DNA of 64,000 nt, from the NCBI RefSeq assembly GCF_022045235.1, contig NW_027266297.1:66898001-66962000 (forward strand), read 5' to 3'. The position numbers were made by a program, and so were the translations under genes. The notes beneath the pieces are model-generated. The model did not search any database and was not told the origin of the DNA. It was given only the letters and a program-made list of their open reading frames with translations. Numbering within the stretch: position 1 is the stretch's first letter; every line of letters starts with the position of its first letter. This DNA is from Haliotis cracherodii (Eukaryota). Positions 59,378 through 64,000 of the stretch are shown here, in pieces.

Positions 59378-62300
59378 AGTGAGTGAGTGAGTGAGTTAAT
59401 TTAAAGTCATATCGGCAATATTTCATCCATATCGTGACTTGAACAATTTATGCATTTATATTATAGATAGATTTATATAAAAACTGTCAACGAAGGACAG
59501 TATAACAACCAGCAATATATCACAGATCATAAGTGTAAAACTAGTTTTAGAGCAATAAAATGATTTGATTACAACAGACGACACATTATAAAAACAGGCT
59601 ATTAATCACCAACAACTAAAGTTAGGCCACCCTACTAGGGACCAAGGGGACTTACAGTACCTTTGCTACCTACATGGTTCCCCAGCAGGATTTACACCAT
59701 TCCTTTAGCTATTGGCGAATGTTGACGAAATTAGCCGAAAATCAAAATATACAAATATTCTGCGTTTAAAAACAGTGATAGATAAATTACTTTGAATGAA
59801 GTGGTCTTACATATCCTCTCAGGGGGACAATAATTTTACACTACTTTAACCCCCTTCGAGGATATAGCCACTTACAATATAAGTTAATTATTCATACTAT
59901 CAATAGTAAAAGTTATTTATTTATTTACAATACATTGTCATCAAAATTTATCAATCAAGTCAATTTCCTGTAAAAAAGCAAGTATAAAATGTGGACTGAT
60001 CTGATTAAAAAGATCCCTAATGGATGATACTTTGAAGTACTTATCCCTTGTGATGGAAAAATCAATACAGTCAAGCAGGACATGCTTGACCGTGATTCTT
60101 TCATCACAAGGGATACAGAACGGAGGATCTTCACCTTTTAAAAGATATTCATGTGTATATCTCGTGTGGCCAATACGACATCGCCGCAAAATGACCTCTT
60201 CAAATATGGACTGACAACCGAAGTAGGTGGAACCGATAGTTGGCTTTATTTGATGTAATTTATTTATACCTACTTGGGTGTCCCACTTCTTCTGCATAAG
60301 ATCTCTGACGTAACATCTGATAACAGGTTTATAATCACTGTATGGAATCAGAAGTGGTGTCACAGATTTGTTGAGTGCTGCTTTTGCTGTGGCATCAGCC
60401 AATGTGTTGCCTTTTATGCATACATGACTGGGAAACCAACAAAAGCCGAGGTCGTATTGGCCCGTTGAAAGATCATTATAAAGTTCTAAAATATTCAAAA
60501 TAAATGGATGACTTGAAGAGCTCGATTTTTTGCCTGTAGACAAGATAATGCATCAGAAAAAATGATAAACCGTTTACAGCTGGACTGTTTTATAATATAT
60601 TCCAAAGCTGTTAATATTGCTTTGGCCTCTGCAGTGAAAATTGAGCTATGGTCTGATAATCGGGATGATATGGTTTTTGATCCAATGACAGTAGCACTGG
60701 CGACTGTGCTACCATCCTTGGATCCATCTGTAAACATGGAACGGTGGGATTTATATTTATTTCTAACTTGGAGATATTCTTGTTGATACATTAATTGATT
60801 AGTGTCTGATTTTTTAAATTGTTTAAGAGGAAGGTCTACTTCCGGTCTGACAAGTTGCCAAGGGGGAGAAGACAAAAGCCTGAAAGGAGCAATATTATCT
60901 AAATCAATATTGGTTGCAGTAATGTGGGTTTTAATCCGAATGCCTAGTGGTGGGACCAGCTTAGGCTTACTGTGAAAAAGTTCTTCGTAAAGGGGTTGAA
61001 AAACACAGTTGTAAGCAGGGTTTAATGGGTTAGAATGTAATTTAGTAATATATTGTAGTGATAATTTTATACGGCGTTGCTTCAAAGACGGTTCATCAGC
61101 TTCTACATGAAGGCTGTCCACAGGAGATGTTTGGAATGCGCCAAGACATAGTCGTAGGCCCCGAGGGGGAATGGAATCCAGTTTTTGTAAATTGCTCTTG
61201 CAGGCTCCACCATAAACGATGGAGCCATAATCTAATTTAGAGCAGATCAGAGACCTATACAAGTGGAGAAGGGTTGTCTGATCACCTCCCCACTTTGTAT
61301 TTGCAACAACTTTCAACAAATCTAGAGCCTTCAGGCATTTAGGTTTAAGATTATTAATGTGTGGCCTAAAAGTCAAATGATGGTCGAAAATGAGTCCTAA
61401 AAACTTGGCCTCCTCTACAACCTTGATAGGAGTGCCATCTAAAAACAGCTCTGGATCTCTATGATGCTTGTATTTCCCACAGAAATGAATACAATTGGTT
61501 TTAGCTTTTGAAAACTTAAAACCATTTTACTAGACACCATTTTTCGATTTTGTTGAGACACAGCTGCAACTGTCTCTCAATGGTGTGCATATTCTTGCCA
61601 CGACATGAAATAATATAATCATCAACGAATAATGACCCATCAATTGAGTCATTTAAAACTTTAGATAAACTATTTATTTTTACACTAAACAATGTGACAG
61701 ACAAAATACTGCCCTGTGGAACCCCCTGATCCTGATTATAATGATCAGACAGGGTTGATCCAACACGAACTTGAAATGGTCTATCTGTTAAAAACTGTGA
61801 TACGAATTGAGGCAAGCGGCCTCTTAAACCAAAGTCATGTAAATCTTTTAAAATGCCATGCTTCCAAGTGGTATCATAAGCTTTTTCAAGATCGAAAAAG
61901 ATAGATACAGCATGTTGTTTATTCACAAAAGCACCTTTAACAAATGACTCTAAACGAACCAAATGGCCAATTGTACTTCGGTTTTTAGAAAAACCGGATT
62001 GGATCTCACTGATTAGTTTGTTGGTTTCCAAAAACCAAACCAATCAATTATTTACCATGGGTTCCATAGTTTTGCAAACGCAGCTAGTTAATGAAATGGG
62101 TCGATAATTTGAAGGATGGGTGTGATCACGTCCAGGCTTAGGTATTGGTACAACAATGGCTTCACGTCATGAGGAAGGAAACTCACCCGATGTCCATGTG
62201 TCATCAACTATTAGCAGAAAGGTTTCTAAACAGGGTTCCGGTAAATGCTTCAGGAGTTGATAATGTATATTATCAGCTCCCGTCGCAGTATCATGGGCTT

Positions 62301-64000
62301 GGTCAAGTGCAGTATGAAGCTCATGTATGGAAAAGATTTCGTTATAATCTTCCCCATTGTCTGATTTAAAGTTTTATAGTTTAGAATTTTGGGACATAGT
62401 TAGAAGAAGAATAATGTTGAGCGAGGGTTTCTCCAAGCTTATTGACAATATCAGATTTCTCAGTTAATAGCTCGTCTCCATCCTTAAGATGATGGATGCT
62501 AGATTTTGAACCCTTACCTTTAATTTTCTGTATCATATTCCATACTTTGGACATGGGTGTTCATGAATTTATTTTTGAAACATAATTTTGCCAAGATTGG
62601 CGTTTATTTTGTTTGAATGTACGCCTGGCTTTAGCATTAAGAATTTTAAATTTATTCAAATTATGCACCATGGGATGGCGACGGAAATAATGTTCAGATT
62701 TCTTCCGTGCCTTTCTAGCTTGCTTGCACGTATCAGTAAACCATGGTTTACGAATGTGTGGATTTGCAGAGGACTTGGGGATACATTCATCAGCTATTTT
62801 GTTTAGTTCATCAGAGAACACTTTTATTGAATCAGGAACATCAACAAAACGACCAGGATTTAATTTGCTCGTACAGAGTAACTCGAACAAGGACAAGTTA
62901 GCTTTTGTGAAATTCCATCTTGATGATCGAGGAACATCAGTGGGAGCTATTGTTTGAAGAATAGTTGGAAAATTGTCACCTCCACAGAGGTCGTCGTGGA
63001 CTGACCATTCAAATTCGTTTAGCAAATCTGACGTTGTAAGTGATAAGTCAAGTGAGGAATAGGTGCCTGTACCAGGATTGTAAATAGGTTTTAGAATTAT
63101 CGTTAAAAATGCATAAAGCGTTATCAGAAATGAAATCTTCTAGTATCTTCCCTTTCTGGTTGGAATCAGCACTTCCCCAAAGTGGATTATGTCCATTTAA
63201 GTCGCCCATAATGATACAGGGCTTGGGGAGCTGGTCATAGAGTGCTTGAAGGTCAGTTTGTTGGAGAGGAGAAGATGGAGGGACATAAAGTGAGCATAAT
63301 GTAAACACAATGTTCAGAGTTAACTGGACAGCAACAGCTTGAACGGGTGTATTTAGAGGAACAGGGCTATGTATAACACCCTGCCTCACCAAGATGGAGG
63401 ATCCTCCAGTGGCTCTAGGTCCTGGAGGAGAGAAATAGTTATATGAATTAAATTGTCTTATCTGGAGTTGATCGGTATCTTTAAAATATGTTTCCTGTAA
63501 ACAAAATACTGATGGTTTAAAATCTTGTATTAATAATTGTAAATCATTGAAATTATTCTTTAGCCCTCTGCAATTCCACTGAATAATATTATTAGAGCCG
63601 TTTATGGTGGGTCATCTGGAGATAGTGAGCGAGATGAAGACCCTTTCCCATGGACTGGGACTGAGGGAACAACATCCATCGCCAAAGGTTTAAAAGGGTT
63701 ATGAAACTCGACAGGGGTATTTGTAGGAGAAGGCACCTCTAAGTGCTGAAGTGCCCTGGCCCTTCTCATTTGCTTTTTCGTTTGTTTTTTGGACAAATTG
63801 GCTTTACCCTGAACATTTTCAATTTCATGTATCTTGTCTGATTCTGACTGTGTTGTAGACTGTGTAGTAGATGGGGTGGGACTCTCTGTTTGAGAAGCAG
63901 TTGTCAGTTGGCCACCAAGGTTTATGAGGTCAGCCTGTACCCAAGAGATGTCTGTTTGAGTAGATGCTGTTAACATTTTGGGAGCTGGTTTTGTGGAAGA
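59378..64000 (-). mobile_element. I-group (Nimb/I-like) LINE: ORF1 C-terminus and frameshifted ORF2 (APE, RT, RNase H), probably intronic in SLC5
   Basis: IIQWNCRGL, MGDLNGHNPLWGS, FFDLEKAYDTTW, GVPQGSILS, FVDD, FTDGSK, FTAEAKAI, WFPSHVCIKGN and RIGHT...CxxC...H...C; 3' tail ending (ACTC)n; ORF1 tail at 63602-63976. Confidence 0.93.

Overview
AT-rich eukaryotic genomic DNA with spliceosomal introns and two assembly gaps. The repeat landscape resembles that of a marine mollusc, probably a gastropod such as abalone (inference). Host genes built by hand from splice sites and phase continuity: (1) a 5'-incomplete, 13-exon + strand gene at 518-9274 encoding coiled-coil, death domain, CARD and a Src-like tyrosine kinase domain that has lost the Gly-rich loop and DFG (probable pseudokinase), with one GC-AG intron; (2) a terminal PRY/SPRY (B30.2) exon at 26238-26923; (3) a 3-exon, 720-aa STELLO-like glycosyltransferase on the - strand at 32626-37003, with a frameshifted copy of its 3' end 2 kb downstream; (4) the first coding exons of an SLC5 sodium/solute symporter at 57969-58963. 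Mobile DNA dominates the rest: a 9-exon Crypton-type tyrosine recombinase gene (all catalytic residues present, one frameshift, unusual N-terminal beta-rich module) plus probable non-autonomous relatives; an intact 1168-aa CR1/L2-type LINE ORF2; degenerate CR1/L2 LINEs; an I-group RNase H LINE; Penelope-like elements; two Tc1/mariner relics; an internally deleted PIF/Harbinger element; four SINE or SINE-like families, three with I-LINE-like 3' tails; and five tandem arrays. The best candidates for something undescribed are the DD-CARD-pseudokinase architecture and the intron-rich Crypton system. All family assignments come from motif recognition; no searches were run.
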